64,000 nt of DNA. Source: Macrostomum hystrix (taxonomy: Eukaryota; Animalia; Platyhelminthes). Positions 63,193 through 64,000 of the stretch are shown here, in pieces (position 1 is the stretch's first letter; every line of letters starts with the position of its first letter). The notes below the pieces were generated by a model, which saw nothing but the letters and a program-made list of their open reading frames with translations, did no database searches and was not told the DNA's origin. The DNA is taken from positions 248,001 through 312,000 of the forward strand of contig CATNEN010000012.1 in assembly GCA_950097015.1 (NCBI GenBank), written 5' to 3'. The position numbers and the translations under genes are program-made.

Positions 63193-63684
63193 GTCCCTAC
63201 GATCTTCGAGAATGAAGAAGGCCGCACTGAAAGACCACAACAACAGCAGCAGCAGCAAAACAAGCCAGACTCGGGCCGCTAGTGCCCAGGTGGGCGGCAG
63301 CAAAGGTGTCTCTGAAGTGACAAAAAAGGTCATCCAGCAGGCCAGCAAGGCTGTCGGGCCAGACAGCGGGGTGGCCCTGCTCAACGAGCTATGCGATCCA
63401 CTGCTCACCGCCTGCTCAAACTGCGGCGGCGGTGCCGGCACGTGTCGCCGCTGCGGAGACTGCGCCAATCGCTGGTACTGCAGCCGGCAGTGTCAGCGCC
63501 AGGACTGGCCTGAGCACAAGCCAGAGTGCCAGGTGATAGTGCGCCTGCGCTCGCAGAGCCTATTCGCTGAGCAGCTAGGCGCCAGCTATTGCAAGCAGGA
63601 CGAGCCGGCTATTGCTAAGGATCTAGGCGGTGACCTGCTTCGCCGCTCTGCAGCCTTCGCTCTGCCTAACATGTTTGTGGGCAG
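63193..63684 (+). CDS. Exon of a zf-MYND protein; 3' partial
   Basis: CSNC...CRRCGDCANRWYCSRQCQRQDWPEHKPEC; acceptor at 63192, donor CAG|GTGAGC at 63684. Confidence 0.75.
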
Positions 63685-64000
63685 GTGAGCAGCGACTATT
63701 AAATTGACGTGGCCCTCTGAACTGATTCTTTTAGGAACTGTTAAACAGTAGAACTACCAAGTGAGGATTCCCCCCCCCAGAAATATTTTGTTGCACTCAG
63801 GAACACGGGCCAACTTTTTGTTGCGCATCTTCTGAAACAATAATCAAGTCGCCAGCTCTTTAGACCGTCGAGATATTCAATGTTTCTGGCAGGTCAGATT
63901 TTTCGCATAAGCTAGTGTATTTCATACGCCCATATACACAAATTAGCACTGCGCCACAGTGCGGCCTTGCCAGGCCTTCAAAACTTATCACCATGTCACC

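Overview
Animal (intron-containing, standard code) genomic window; the minisatellite-packed introns and gene style suggest a flatworm such as Macrostomum, which is an inference only. Host genes: the end of an Ig-domain exon, a DEG/ENaC channel (minus strand, one frameshift), a four-qRRM hnRNP F/H-like gene, AP5Z1, a TM6SF-like gene, a ceramide synthase and a MYND-finger exon. Mobile DNA is dense: a decayed Penelope-like element with a minimal hammerhead ribozyme, a decayed DIRS/Ngaro-type tyrosine-recombinase (YR) retroelement inserted without TSD into a minisatellite, several tRNA-derived SINE families, a 9-bp-TSD MITE and about 18 minisatellite arrays. The most unusual region is about 13 kb inside AP5Z1 intron 3. 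It contains a Maverick/Polinton integrase plus minor-capsid-like fragment, followed on the same strand by three Crypton-type YR genes (two complete ORFs, one truncated) separated by hairpins and CCATAGAC motifs. A 6,400-bp EnSpm/CACTA element lies at the left side. All family assignments come from motif recognition by eye; no searches were run.
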